Source: Octopus bimaculoides (taxonomy: Eukaryota). Taken from it: a DNA stretch of 64,000 nt. The DNA lies in the NCBI RefSeq assembly GCF_001194135.2, contig NC_068981.1:104045131-104109130 (forward strand). Direction: 5' to 3'. A model generated the notes under the pieces. The model searched no databases. It had not been told where the DNA came from and was given only the letters and a program-made list of their open reading frames with translations. Every line of letters starts with the position of its first letter. The first letter of the stretch is position 1. Positions 1 through 12,229 of the stretch are shown piece by piece. Both the position numbers and the translations under genes were made by a program.

Positions 1-54
1 TATATATGTATATATATGTATGTATATATATATATATATGTATATATATGTATG

Positions 55-85
<31 letters not shown>

Positions 86-108
86 GTATGTATATATATA
101 TATATATG

Positions 109-141
<33 letters not shown>

Positions 142-218
142 ATATATATGTATGTATATATATATATATGTATATATGTATGTATATATATATATATATG
201 TATATATATGTATGTATG

Positions 219-254
<36 letters not shown>
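1..254. repeat. Compound (TA)n/(TATG)n microsatellite
   Basis: Direct reading; explains the I/Y/M/V-rich ORFs at 6-478. Confidence 0.97.
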
Positions 255-255
<1 letters not shown>

Positions 256-376
256 GATGGGTGTTTTTCAGTTTCCATTTACCAAATCCACTCACAAGGT
301 GCCTCGCAGTGGGACTGAAGCCAGAACCATGTGGTTGGGAAACAAACTTCTTACCATGCAGCCACACCTGTGCCTA
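255..376 (-). mobile_element. SINE family A, head fragment
   Basis: Reverse complement of the tRNA-like head (tggtaagaagtttg...ggttc...agtcccactg) seen in about 20 other copies in the window. Confidence 0.8.
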
Positions 377-582
377 TGTAGAGAATTCTCTTCATGTTGG
401 TGGAGAGGGGTCAAGAAAATTTTAAAAGTGTTAGAAGTTGTGCTGATTATAGTAGAAATGATAGTAATTTTGATTTAACCCCAGGGCAAACCTGATCAAG
501 AAGAACCATGATCAAAGTTACTTGATCAAATCTTTATGTATAGTGTGCCTCAGATTACATTATGCATTTTATCTTTTTTTAA

Positions 583-834
583 CATGGCTACGTGGTAAGA
601 AGCTTGCTTCCCAACCACATGGTCCTGGATTCAGTCTCACTGCATGGCTCCTTGGGTAAATGCTTTCTATTATAGCCTTTGGCTATAGTAGAAAGCTTTG
701 TTAGTGGATTAGGTAGACGAAAACTGAAAGAAGCCCGCCATATACCTTCGGCAAGTGTCTTCTACTATAGCTTTGGGTCGACCAAAGTTTTGTGAGTGAA
801 TTTGGTAAATGGAAACTGAAAGAAGCCCATCGTT

Positions 835-865
<31 letters not shown>

Positions 866-1088
866 CTTTGTGTCTTTGTGTCTTTGTTTGTTCCCCCATT
901 ACTGCTTAACAACTAGTTTTGGTGTGTTTATGTCCCTGTAACTTAGTGGTTCAGCAAAAGAGACTAGTAGAATAAGTAATAGGCCTAAAAAATTGTCCTA
1001 GGCTTGATTTGTTTGACTAAAACCCTTCAACATGGTGCTCCAGCATGGCAGCAGTCAAATGACTGAAACAAGTAAAAACATAAAAGAA
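583..1088 (+). mobile_element. SINE family A (duplicated head, (GT)n core, tail)
   Basis: A-box/B-box-like head, CORE-like ccttgggcaagtgtcttctactatagc, central GT array, tail ending gactgaaacaagtaaaa. Confidence 0.85.
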
Positions 1089-1096
1089 TATATATA

Positions 1097-1570
1097 TATA
1101 TATAATTGTTAAAGAGGACAACTAATGTTAAGGCAAGGCAAACATCTCAAGTCATATACATTATTATTATTGGGGAGAAAAAAATTCAGTCATACATCTG
1201 TTTCGGGGATATCCCAGAGTATATTCCATCATCAGAGACAAATATGGAAAATGAGAAGGGTATAGATTAATGAAATGACAACATAGAAGACAGGAGTAAA
1301 GAAATAAGGAGATGACAGAATATCCCATACTCTGAGATATCCCAGAAACAGCTGTAAGTCTTTGATTTTTTTTTTTTCCAATAATGATAATGTATACGAT
1401 TTGACATTTCTGCCTTGCCTTAACGTTTGTTGTCCTCTTTAACAATTTATATATCCGCTATATTGGAAATCTGCAATGGCTCTATAACTACCATCTCAGC
1501 TATAACCTTGGAGCCTTAGTAATCCATACTTAAATGTCTAGATTACATGTGAACTAAACCCCCATATTTT
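1097..1570. mobile_element. Foldback element with hammerhead-like motifs (Penelope pLTR-like family 1)
   Basis: Arms ~1097-1240 and ~1310-1450 are reverse complements. A unique tail (1450-1570) is shared with 49580-49715. Flanked by (TA)n. Confidence 0.7.
1189..1239 (-). ncRNA. Minimal hammerhead-ribozyme-like motif (degenerate)
   Basis: Minus strand gtct-CTGATGA-tggaatat..atatccc-c-GAAAC-agat-GTA-tgac; stems I and III each carry a mismatch. Confidence 0.5.
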
Positions 1571-1571
1571 G

Positions 1572-1611
<40 letters not shown>

Positions 1612-1769
1612 GTTAAAACTTACTTGCAAATTGACGCATGGCATTCGATAATATAATAATACAAATGATATATGACCATATGCATGTATACATACATATA
1701 TGTACATACCTAAATCTACATGTATATATAGATGCATACCCTGGGTACAGGACGTCAAAAGGGAATGGG

Positions 1770-1992
1770 ACATGTGTGTGTGTGTGTTTTCCCCAGTACT
1801 GCTTAGCAACTGGTGTTGGTGTGTTTACGTCCTCATAACTTAGTGGTCCAGCAAAAGAGACCAATAAAATTAGTATCAGGCTTAACAAAAGATAAGTACT
1901 GTGGTCAATTCATTCAACTAAGAGTTCTTCAAGGTAGTGCTCCAGCATGGCCTCCCTCTGTCTAGTGACTGAAACTAGTCAAAGTTAAAAGG
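1770..1992 (+). mobile_element. SINE family A, tail half
   Basis: (GT)n followed by tail ...cagcaaaagagaccaa...gtgctccagcatggcc...gactgaaac. Confidence 0.8.
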
Positions 1993-2079
1993 AAGAAGAC
2001 AGTACAGTGTGGCTTGCCAGTTATTCCTAACTTGCCAAACAAACACAGAAGTTCCTTTTTAGCTCATGGCGATCATGGT

Positions 2080-2093
2080 TTTAGTGGTGGTGG

Positions 2094-2124
<31 letters not shown>

Positions 2125-2343
2125 GGTGGTTAGTGCCATGTTTATGGTGCGAGTAGAGTGCATCAGGTCCTTTTGGCATAGTTCCTGTGATGATGTGTGT
2201 TAGATATTGGGTGGGGCTGGAGGAAAATGGTTTTGGTGAGACGGAGTTTAGAGTGGTGTCATATGGAGGAGCAGATGGGATCCTGTTGCACATTAGATAA
2301 TGACAGAAATGGGAAAATAACAACAAAAGAATATGGTATTTGT

Positions 2344-2378
<35 letters not shown>

Positions 2379-2800
2379 GACTATGGTGTTAGAAGAGTAG
2401 GTGTGGTGGTATGATGATGTTGACATGCTAGAGTAAGTGATGTAGTGCTGTGGGGAGAGCTGGGGTGGGGCAATGGAAGTGAAAGGTCCGCATTTGTAGT
2501 TGGCAGTAATTATGATTGACATGTTGTTGCTGCTGTTGCTTGCTTGCTACTGCTGCTGGCTATGAAAATGATGGGGGCGGGGCGTTGTTGTAGAGAACCC
2601 TATGTGTTGTGGTGGTAATAGTAATAATGGTAAGCATGAAGTTAGACCTGGTGGTAGAATTGATAAGGACAGTGGTGGTGCTTTGCTGCTGCTGGTGAAT
2701 ATAATACAGACACTGGTTTTCAAAGATGAGGATTTTAATGGTAACCAAGATAATGATAATGGTAATGAAGATGTTGGTCATGTTTGTTGCATCTTCCTCT
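2080..2800. repeat. Degenerate (GGT)/(TGA)/(TGC) low-complexity region
   Basis: Pure (GGT)n at 2083-2130 decaying into trinucleotide-biased sequence. Confidence 0.8.
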
Positions 2801-3354
2801 GTTATATTTGTGATAGCTTAAATTGTATGTTTGATCATAGTAGTACCTGTTAAAGTTCCTTATTCACTTTTTCGCTCACACATTAAATCCACCATCCATC
2901 AACTCAATGAGGGAAGCCTATATAAATGTAGATGTTTGATTTGCTAAAGAATATGACTAATTGGATAATATAGTCCTAGATACACTTGTATCTGAAAAAG
3001 AAGAAAACGAAAAGAAAAACGATATGGTCTCAGCTGGAATGCCTTTCAAACAAAAAACCAAATTATATTTACACACTATCATCAATGTTGCAAATCAACA
3101 AGAGGGTATTTTGTTCTATGTAGTATGCTCAAGCAGACCCCAGTATCACTCAAATCTCTCTTAACAAACACTATTTGTCTTATAAGTAGGGTCTCCTGTG
3201 AATCTGTTAAATACTGCTAAATATTTTTGAACAGACAGCTTACTCCACATTTAACCTTTTCCATGACCATAATTCTAATAAAATACTCATCCTATTCATT
3301 TAATCAACACTGCTAATAACTAGTTGTTAGAACTCAAGATACATATACTTTAAG

Positions 3355-3507
3355 GCATGTCTCTGTGGTAAGAAGCTTGTTTTTGAACCACATGGTTCCA
3401 AGTTCAGTCCTACTATGTGGCACCTTGGACAAGTATTTTCTACTATAGCCTTGGGCCGACCAAAACCTGGTGGGTGAGTTTGCTACATGGAAAATGAAAG
3501 AAACCTG

Positions 3508-3543
<36 letters not shown>

Positions 3544-3765
3544 TTGTGTTTGGGTTTGTCCCCCATCATTGTCTGACAATCAGTGTTGCCTTGTTTAAGT
3601 ACTTGTAACTTAATGGTTTGGCAAAAGAGACTGATAGAATAATTACCAGGCTTAAAAAAAAAAATGAGTACCTGAGTCAGTTCATTCGACTACAGATTCC
3701 TCAAAGTGATGCCCTAGCATGGCTGCACTCTAATGACTGAAACAAGTTAAAAGGTAAAAAAAGAT
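3355..3765 (+). mobile_element. SINE family A, full length
   Basis: Head, (GT)n and tail as in the other copies. Confidence 0.85.
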
Positions 3766-3989
3766 AAAGCATAATGTTAATTAATGACAAAAGAATAGGA
3801 ATTATGTAATTAACTTCATTACTTTACAGCTGTTTCTGTTATAGGAATCAGTGTGCTCAGAACTAAGTTCTTCTGGGTTCTTCTAGTTAGATATGTCCAG
3901 TTATCTAATTTATGTTTTTCTTTTTGTACTGATGTGTATGTCTAGAAACATGTAGTTGTATGTATATCTGGATGTATATGGCAGGTCAG

Positions 3990-4195
3990 TGTCACTTTAA
4001 AACAACCAGCACACACTGTAAAGTGGTTGGCATTAGGAAGGGCATCCAGCTGTAGAAACCAAGCCAAATTAGACTGGAACCTGGTGCAGCTCTCCTGCTT
4101 GCCAGCTCTGGTCAAACTGCCTAATCCATGCCAGAATGGAAAACCAACAATAAAGGTTGATGGTGATGATGATGATGATGATGACAACGACGATA
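3990..4195 (+). mobile_element. RTE-type 3' tail element ending in (GAT)n
   Basis: gtggttggcattaggaagggcatccagctgtagaaac...catgccagaatggaaa...(gat)n; the same tail follows RTE coding remnants at 54240-54600 and 60120-60470. Confidence 0.75.
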
Positions 4196-5209
4196 TGACA
4201 ATTTATTGTGTGCATATTTGAATACATGTGTTTATGTAAATCTACATATTTCTGGACATTGCTTCTCACCCTCAAGCCATATTACATTATTCATTTATAT
4301 ATATATATATATTTATGGTTCTGAATGTAATTATTTCTCAGTAATTAAATGCATAGTGATTCAAAAGTCTCTTTATCATGCTTCAATTTTTTTTATTTAC
4401 CTGACCTTTAGAGAGTACTGATACAGGGATGTACATATCTCTGCAGGTGGCTATTTTATAAAATGGGGGTGGGGATAATGCAGAAGGAGAAATTCAGATG
4501 GCTGTTTAGTGAGATCTTCTGCTTAAAGTATAGCTTTAACAACCATGTATGTATATAAACAAACATTTGTTTTTTAGAAGCGTCAAATGTGTATCATACA
4601 ATACAGACAAGAAAGTGATATGTTTTCAAATGCAGTATCACCATTAAAATAGCAGAGAAATTGGGTAGTACTACTCTTACAAGGCAGAAAAAGTTGTTGA
4701 TGACTTTTTCCACCTTGTAGGGGCAATAATACCTAAGTTTTCTGTTGTTCTATAGCTTTAAATTGCTTGAAAGTTTTATGAATGTTGACATGGTTAGGAG
4801 CTATCTAATATATTTCTTGTTTCTACATCACTTGGACTTGTATCATAGATTCTACTGTGTTGCAGCTTTCTTACACATCATCATCACTTAAAATCCTTTT
4901 TCCATGCTGGCATGGTTGGGCAGTTTGGCTAGAGTTGACAAGTCAGAAGACTGTGCCAAGCCCTACTGTCTTCTTTGGTATGATCTCTACAGCTGGATGT
5001 CATTCCTAACTCCAACCATTTTGATAAAATATATAGATTACATATTTTATGAAATATATAAATTATGCTTTCCTTCATTTAGCATCTATTTTTGGTGGGT
5101 GGGGGCATGGTTAATGAGGCTACCATTGGTTTCATGCTGAGAGTACTCAACAATTATCAAGCCTGCCACATGAGACATTGGTACTCATCTCCATCTTTTC
5201 TCATCCTAG

Positions 5210-5282
5210 ATGGAGATGAGTAGCAACATTCTCAATATAGCAGGCTTGATAATTGCAAAGAATTCTTGGCATGAAATCAATG
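5210..5282 (+). CDS. Candidate internal exon, unidentified host gene (MEMSSNILNIAGLIIAKNSWHEIN-)
   Basis: Pyrimidine tract catcttttctcatcctAG, open frame, donor GTAACC at 5283 (alternative GTATGT at 5308). No recognisable domain. Confidence 0.3.
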
Positions 5283-5824
5283 GTAACCTTGTTAAGCAAC
5301 AAATAAAGTATGTATATGTAGCAAGCTTCCTGCAGTTTCCATCCACTATATCCATCACTAAGCATTATTTGGGTCAGGACTACTGCAGAAATATTTAACC
5401 CAAAGTGCAGTTCAGTGGGACCAAATTACTTGCCCTACAACAAAATTTCAATGATAGCAAATTATATAAAGACAAAATAATGCAATAAACATTTTATGTA
5501 TCATTTGAATATGACAGGGACTTTTGAATTCCCCTGTATATATTCACTGTATGACACACAATTAGGACACTTTTATGTATTCCCTCATCCTGCCAGAAAT
5601 AGCAGCTATATTTCCCTCAAATTACTATTTCCTTAAATAGAAGATATATTCATTGAACAGTGTTGTCCTTTATATACCAACAGATAGGGCTGTCATGTGT
5701 GGAATCCTTGTGATCATAGGCTTGATTAGGGCTGGTTAAGCTACATCACAACAACAGGCCACTATACCGCAACCACCACTACCACCATATACAACAACAA
5801 ACTTGACATTGTTGAAAGTATCAG

Positions 5825-5861
5825 ATGACATGGAGCTGGATAAACTAACACCTAGAACAAT
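5825..5861 (+). CDS. Candidate 37-nt exon (-DMELDKLTPRT-)
   Basis: Good donor GTAAGA, weak acceptor; phase compatible with the 5210-5282 candidate. Confidence 0.18.
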
Positions 5862-6336
5862 GTAAGACTGTAGGTGAAAGTGAGAGCAAGGAATATAGTC
5901 CTCCCTTTACTATAGAAAATGTTGGAGGTGGTGGCAGTTAAAGGGACTTCACTCACCCTTTTTACACATATATACACAACACACACATTCTCATATGTCC
6001 AAAACAAAAGAGTAAATTCTATGTGAAATGTGGGTTATGGGTTACTTTACATTTTGGCAGTTTGGTTTGATTACTCCCTTTTTCTATCCTTTTCTCATTC
6101 CCTCTCTCTACCTATCTCCCCCTCCCTCTCTCCACTTGTCCCTCTCTTACCTCTAGCTATGTCTGTTTCTCATCATATGGCCTCATCAGTTAGAGGCGCT
6201 GTGTCTGTCTCTTGCTTAGTCTATCTATTTATGGCTGTCTTCCTGCATCTGCCCACTCTCACATCAGCTAAAACTCAACCAATCACAAGTCTCTTTTAAC
6301 AGAAATATAGATATACCTTAGATACAGGGTACAAGT

Positions 6337-6645
6337 GTGACCCGAGCGATTAAGAAACAAGTTTTGCAACCATATAGTTTTAGGTTCAATCTCACTAAGA
6401 GAGATCTTGAACAAATGTCTTCTGTTATAGCCTTAGATTGTCCAAAGAGTTGTGGTGTGTGTGTGTACATGAAAGGCTTCAGCATGGTTTCTGTCTACCA
6501 AATTCACTCACAAGACATTGGTCAAACTGGGGGTATTGCAGAAAACAATTACCTTCTTTAACGTACTCAAGGTGCTACACAAGGGAACTGAACCCAAAGC
6601 TATACCTATGCATAGCAAGGTTCTTAACTGCACAGCCATACCTCC
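6337..6645. mobile_element. Two degenerate SINE A heads in opposite orientation joined at a short GT array
   Basis: Plus-strand head 6337-6460 and minus-strand head 6480-6645. Confidence 0.65.
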
Positions 6646-6740
6646 ACACGCTTTCGTTTAATAAATCAAAAAGATGTTCAAAATTTGTCCAATACTTCAC
6701 TCCTATTTACTTAAAACTTCATAGCTTTTACTCCCTGGAC

Positions 6741-6850
6741 CAGTGGTTTTCAACCATCTTTTATCTATGGACCCTTTGGATTCCTATTTTACTTTATTGG
6801 ACCCTGATAAACATTCGATGTTTAAAAAAGTCCCATTATATTTCTTTAAT
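6741..6850. mobile_element. hAT (Charlie-like) MITE, one end
   Basis: cagtggttttcaaccat terminus, homologous to 63649-63873; interrupted by the following MITE. Confidence 0.7.
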
Positions 6851-6854
6851 GTAA

Positions 6855-7089
6855 CCCTTTTAGCATTTAAACCAGCCACATCCAGCCAAAATATTTGTCC
6901 TGTTTTATGTTCAAACCAGCCAGATTTGGCTTTTCACACCTGCCCTAAAATGTCATTTTAAAAATAAACAACCACAGCATCAAAATCTCAAAGCTTTGAA
7001 ATAATTAACGCAAGACCAATTTAAAACAATGCAAATGAATAAAGCATTACATTAGACAAATTGACAAAGTAATCTAAATGCTAAAGAGG
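6855..7089. mobile_element. piggyBac-like MITE (reverse copy of 24512-24708)
   Basis: Termini cccttttagcattt...aaatgctaaagagg, with degenerate TTAA-like flanks. Confidence 0.7.
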
Positions 7090-7142
7090 TAAATATTATT
7101 AGAAACTGTATCAGAATATTGGTAAAATATTTTGTGCATTTA

Positions 7143-7405
7143 TTCTTTTACTCTTTTATTTGTTTCAGTCAATTTGACTGTAGTGATACTGGAGTACTGC
7201 CTCAAAGGTTTTTTTTTTTTTGCTGTTGTTGTTGAAGAAATCAACCCCAGGACTTATTCTTTGTAAACCTAGTACTTATTCTGTTGCTCCCTTGTGCCGA
7301 ACTGCTAAGTTACAAGAACATAAACACACCAACATCAGTTGTCAAGCGATGGTGGTGGCAGTTGGACAAACACAGACGCAAATGCACACACATGTAAATC
7401 TATAC

Positions 7406-7448
<43 letters not shown>

Positions 7449-7838
7449 ACAGGCTTCTTTCAGTTTCCGTCTACCAAATCCACTCACAAAGCTTTGGTCA
7501 GCTCGAGACTATAGTAGAAGACACTTGCCCAAGGTGCCACAAAGTGGGACTGAACCCAGAACCATGTGGTTGCGAAGCAAGTTTCTTACCACACAGCTAT
7601 GCCTTATTCTTTTATCCTTTTACTTGTTTCAGTCATTTGACTGCAGCCATGCTGGAGCACTACCTTAAAGGTTTTTTTTTTTAATCAAAGAACTCGACCC
7701 CAGGATTTATTCTTTGTAAGCCTTGTACTTATTCTATAAGTCTCTTTTGCTGAACCACTAAGTTACCAGGACATAAACACACCAACATCAGTTGTCAAAC
7801 GATGGTGGGGGGACAAACACAGACACAAAGACACACAA

Positions 7839-7850
<12 letters not shown>
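7143..7850 (-). mobile_element. Two tandem SINE A copies (full 7143-7603; tail half 7606-7850)
   Basis: Reverse complements of tail, (CA)/(TA) core and head. Confidence 0.85.
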
Positions 7851-7906
<56 letters not shown>

Positions 7907-7910
<4 letters not shown>

Positions 7911-9872
7911 CAATCATATGTATAAGTAATCAAAATAAACAAATAAACAAGTGAATAGATAAATAAAAATAAATAAATGAATAAGAATAAACAAGTGAAA
8001 AGATACGAAACTCTTACAGCTGTTTCTACTATGGGTTGTCCAATTTGCCAAGTTTTCCACATCATACCAGTAATATACAGGGATTGTACAAAGGTTAAAC
8101 AAACATTGGACAGTGTTTAGACAATGATTGAACCCCAAAGCTTCATCAGAGAGACCATAATGTTAGGAATCTAACATGTGAGGAAGTTAGGTGAAATAAT
8201 AAAATAAAGTAGTAACATAATAAAAATAGTAAGGAATGGTAAAAAAAAGTCAATTCCAAGGTGATATCTATGGTAAAGAAAGTCACTTTCAGGAGTATTT
8301 TCCACAGGTTATGAGAGTTACATCCTATTTCAATTTTATCCATGAGTCTTGATCCACATACCTATTAGTATTTGTATATGTAGGTGTATTCAAATACATC
8401 TTATGACAATATATCCTATATTTCTATCCCTTCATCTCTACCTTAGCCAGAATAATTCCGATTGTAATTGTAATTAATTCTATATGTTTACAACCACATA
8501 GGTTCTTTATCTCCTCTAAGCTCTACCTTTGTCCTAACATGAATACCTTCTGTCTCTCACTATAACTGAAAATAACCTCAACCTTAGTTTACATGTCTAA
8601 ATATCTCTCTGTATCCTAACATTGGAACACAATACACAGACACCCCACTTCAATTGTAGTCTGTAATTCTGAAAATATTTTCATTCATTCATTTTCACCT
8701 TTGCTTTTTATTTCGAACAATTACTTGTAAATTGGAAATTATAACTTAGATCTATCCATTACGGAATAACATTTCCTAAACCTTATTTTAATGCATAATT
8801 TCTCTCTGCATTATAATACGATAATGTACTATTCCGCTACCTCCCTTCACCAGAGTCCAGCAGTGTTTATTTTTCCATCCATTGCTTCATCCTTTATTTT
8901 TCTCGTTCAGACAATTACTTGTAAATTACTTATAAATTTAATAAATAGATATATTCATAAAAAAATACGATATCTATAACCCTAAGTACTATTCATCACC
9001 TATTCATTAAGTAAGGCCCCTTAGACAATTCATTCCTTGAATATATTTTTTATTTGTATTGTATTTTATTGATAGATTTAATGGACCTGAACAATGCCAT
9101 TGTTTTCAAATATTAATGTACCAATTAAGTTGTAGGATTAACTTTGGCCTCGCCCTACTCTTCATAGGGGTATTAGGATGAGGTTTTTGTTAATAACTAT
9201 TAAGTAATAACATTGCACTAAAGTTTTACCCAAATTATTCCTTCATTGATATGCTTAGGTATTAATTTCCCCAAACAAGTTCACATTAAGTTAATTTTGT
9301 TAATTTTTTTAATAATACTCTATTATATAGCAGTTAGCCTTTGACCCCTTTGATATGGATCATCCCATTAAACTCACTCTGCAACATCTTACTCTCACTA
9401 TTTCCCCCACTAAATTTAAATAGGATGTAACTTTCATAACCTGTGGAAATTACTCCTGGAAGTGACTTTTTTTTACCATAAGATGTAATCCTATAGCTTA
9501 TAGATATCACCTTGGAATTAACTTTTTTTTACCATTCCTTGCTATTTTTATTTTTATGTTATTACTTTATTTTATTATTTCACCTTACTTCCTCACATGT
9601 TAGATTCCTAACATTATGGTCTCTCTGATGAAGCTTTAGAGTTCAATCATTGTCTAACCCCTGTCCAATGTTTGTTCAACCTTTATACAATCCCTGTATA
9701 TTACTGGTATGATGTGGAAAACTTAGCAAATTGGACAACCCCATAGTAGAAACAGCTGTAAGAGTTTCGTATCTTTTCACTCGTTTATTCTTATTCATTA
9801 ATTTATTTTTATTTATCTTTACTTGTTTATTTATTTATTTATTTTGATTACTTATACATATGATTGCAATTA
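7907..9872. mobile_element. Large inverted-repeat element (arms ~7907-8340 and ~9415-9872, ~1.07-kb spacer), Penelope pLTR-like
   Basis: Arms are clear reverse complements; each contains ctct-CTGATGA...GAAAC-AGCT-GTA-agag. Begins directly after a (TA)n tract. Confidence 0.75.
9622..9762 (+). ncRNA. Hammerhead-like motif with long stem-II insertion (mirror copy ~7996-8146, minus strand)
   Basis: ctct/agag stem I, CTGATGA, ~115-nt insert, GAAAC, palindromic ACAGCTGT, GTA site; stem-II base pairing not evident. Confidence 0.45.
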
Positions 9873-10095
9873 ATTAATAAATAGATCCAGTTAAATGTTT
9901 GTTGATTGATTACCCTCTCCATTTTCTTATTTGCCTTATTAATTCTGGGTAAATTTCTTTTTTACCTCCACTCATACCTATTATTCAATTGCAATACTGC
10001 CCTGCAATAGTAAGCACTTGGATATAAGTACGTAGGTATACATCCAGTAGTATATTGGATATTCATTATCCCTTAAATGGTTGCTTAACCTCTAA

Positions 10096-10128
<33 letters not shown>

Positions 10129-10804
10129 NNNNNNNNNNNNNNNNNNNNNNNNNNNNNNNNNNNNNNNNNNNNNNNNNNNNNNNNNNNNNNNNNNNNNNNN
10201 NNNNNNNNNNNNNNNNNNNNNNNNNNNNNNNNNNNNNNNNNNNNNNNNNNNNNNNNNNNNNNNNNNNNNNNNNNNNNNNNNNNNNNNNNNNNNNNNNNNN
10301 NNNNNNNNNNNNNNNNNNNNNNNNNNNNNNNNNNNNNNNNNNNNNNNNNNNNNNNNNNNNNNNNNNNNNNNNNNNNNNNNNNNNNNNNNNNNNNNNNNNN
10401 NNNNNNNNNNNNNNNNNNNNNNNNNNNNNNNNNNNNNNNNNNNNNNNNNNNNNNNNNNNNNNNNNNNNNNNNNNNNNNNNNNNNNNNNNNNNNNNNNNNN
10501 NNNNNNNNNNNNNNNNNNNNNNNNNNNNNNNNNNNNNNNNNNNNNNNNNNNNNNNNNNNNNNNNNNNNNNNNNNNNNNNNNNNNNNNNNNNNNNNNNNNN
10601 NNNNNNNNNNNNNNNNNNNNNNNNNNNNNNNNNNNNNNNNNNNNNNNNNNNNNNNNNNNNNNNNNNNNNNNNNNNNNNNNNNNNNNNNNNNNNNNNNNNN
10701 NNNNNNNNNNNNNNNNNNNNNNNNNNNNNNNNNNNNNNNNNNNNNNNNNNNNNNNNNNNNNNNNNNNNNNNNNNNNNNNNNNNNNNNNNNNNNNNNNNNN
10801 NNNN
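10129..10804. other. Assembly gap between (TA)n and (CA)n
   Basis: N run. Confidence 0.99.
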
Positions 10805-10881
<77 letters not shown>

Positions 10882-10929
10882 TATGTATATATAAATATAT
10901 ACTTGCATATATCTGTACATATATAAAAA

Positions 10930-11770
10930 CAGGGTGCGGAAAAATGATCTGACACATTTGTTGGTTTAATAGAAGTGAAAGAGAGGAGAGAAGGGAAAAT
11001 GTGTTTTCATTTTCAAAATGTACATATGATGCCATTTTGTTTCAATTGGTGCTATTGGTGAGATTTTTGTTTCATTTTGTTTACAGTTGCCAACATGAAT
11101 TGGACAGGTGAGCATCGTGCTTTCGTTGTGGAAACATTTATCTAGAAAAACAAATCCGTAACTGCAACACAAAGAGCATTCCGCATGCACCTCAGGCTTC
11201 GTAGACATGATCCCATACCTACTCAAAATTCTGCGGCAGCAGAATTCAGCATTTGGAGCCCATACTCCTTCGAAGAAGATAATGTTGTAGTGACCGTGAA
11301 CTCGATATTGTGTGATGCGAGAGACCTTTCTGAAACACAAATTGAAAGAACTTGATGATAGGGACAATGTTTGGTTTCAACAGGATGGGGCAACAGCGAA
11401 CACTTCTCAGTGTGCAATGGATATTTTGAGGGAGATGTTCCCCGGTCATTTGATCTCATTGTGTGGTGACATAGGTTCACCCACCCGAATACCTGATTTG
11501 AGACCATGCAATTTCTTTCTGTGGAGATATATGAAATTAAGGGTGTAGACTCATTGCCCTTGATCTATTGAACAATTGAAGTATGCCATTCATCAAGAAA
11601 TTGCTGCCATTCCACATGAAATGACCCATCAAGTTATGGACATCATGAATGACTTCAACAGAGTTTGGATTGTAATGGCACCAACTTGACTGATTTAATT
11701 TTTAAAACCAACTGAAACAAAATGGTATTATATGTACATTTCAAAAATAAGAACAAATTTTTCATATTAT
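10930..11770 (+). mobile_element. Internally deleted Tc1/mariner of the DD41D (rosa-like) group, transposase pseudogene
   Basis: Left end cagggtg; N-terminus MNWTGEHRAFVVETF..SVTATQRAFR (DUF4817-like HTH). Catalytic segment VWFQQDGATANT...PDLRPCNFFLW has 41 residues between D and the third acidic position (here N). Right end lost at a SINE insertion. Confidence 0.85.
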
Positions 11771-11774
11771 TACT

Positions 11775-11910
11775 CGAGGACTTATTCTTTGTAAGCCTAG
11801 TACTTATTCTATCGGTCTCTTTTTGCCGAACCACTAGGTTACGGGGACGTAAACTCACCAGCATCGGTTGTCAAGCGATGGTGGGGGGACAAACACAGAC
11901 ACACAAACAC

Positions 11911-11943
<33 letters not shown>

Positions 11944-12205
11944 NNNNNNNNNNNNNNNNNNNNNNNNNNNNNNNNNNNNNNNNNNNNNNNNNNNNNNNNN
12001 NNNNNNNNNNNNNNNNNNNNNNNNNNNNNNNNNNNNNNNNNNNNNNNNNNNNNNNNNNNNNNNNNNNNNNNNNNNNNNNNNNNNNNNNNNNNNNNNNNNN
12101 NNNNNNNNNNNNNNNNNNNNNNNNNNNNNNNNNNNNGCAGTGGGACTTAACCCGGAACCATGTGGTTGGTAAGCAAGCTAGTTACCACACAGCCACTTCT
12201 GCGCC
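11775..12205 (-). mobile_element. SINE family A with assembly gap (11944-12136) inside its microsatellite
   Basis: Tail, (TA)n, N run, head remnant. Confidence 0.85.
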
Positions 12206-12229
12206 TATATATATATATATATATATGCA

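Noticed and set aside
6-478. ORFs rich in YI/VC/TH repeats here and at 16263-17120, 36735-37053, 38176-38538 and 41441-41933
   Set aside because: Stop-free translations of (TA)n, (CA)n and (GT)n microsatellites.
2080-2853. Poly-His/Gly/Asn ORFs
   Set aside because: Degenerate trinucleotide low-complexity DNA with no splice or domain support.
8340-9415. Spacer of the large inverted repeat as a Penelope ORF
   Set aside because: Only a faint frameshifted LSKGL.FIP-like trace; not enough to call by eye.
10055-11035. Long ORFs spanning N-runs (also 11722-12407, 35410-35850, 39930-40686)
   Set aside because: They are open only because gaps translate as X.
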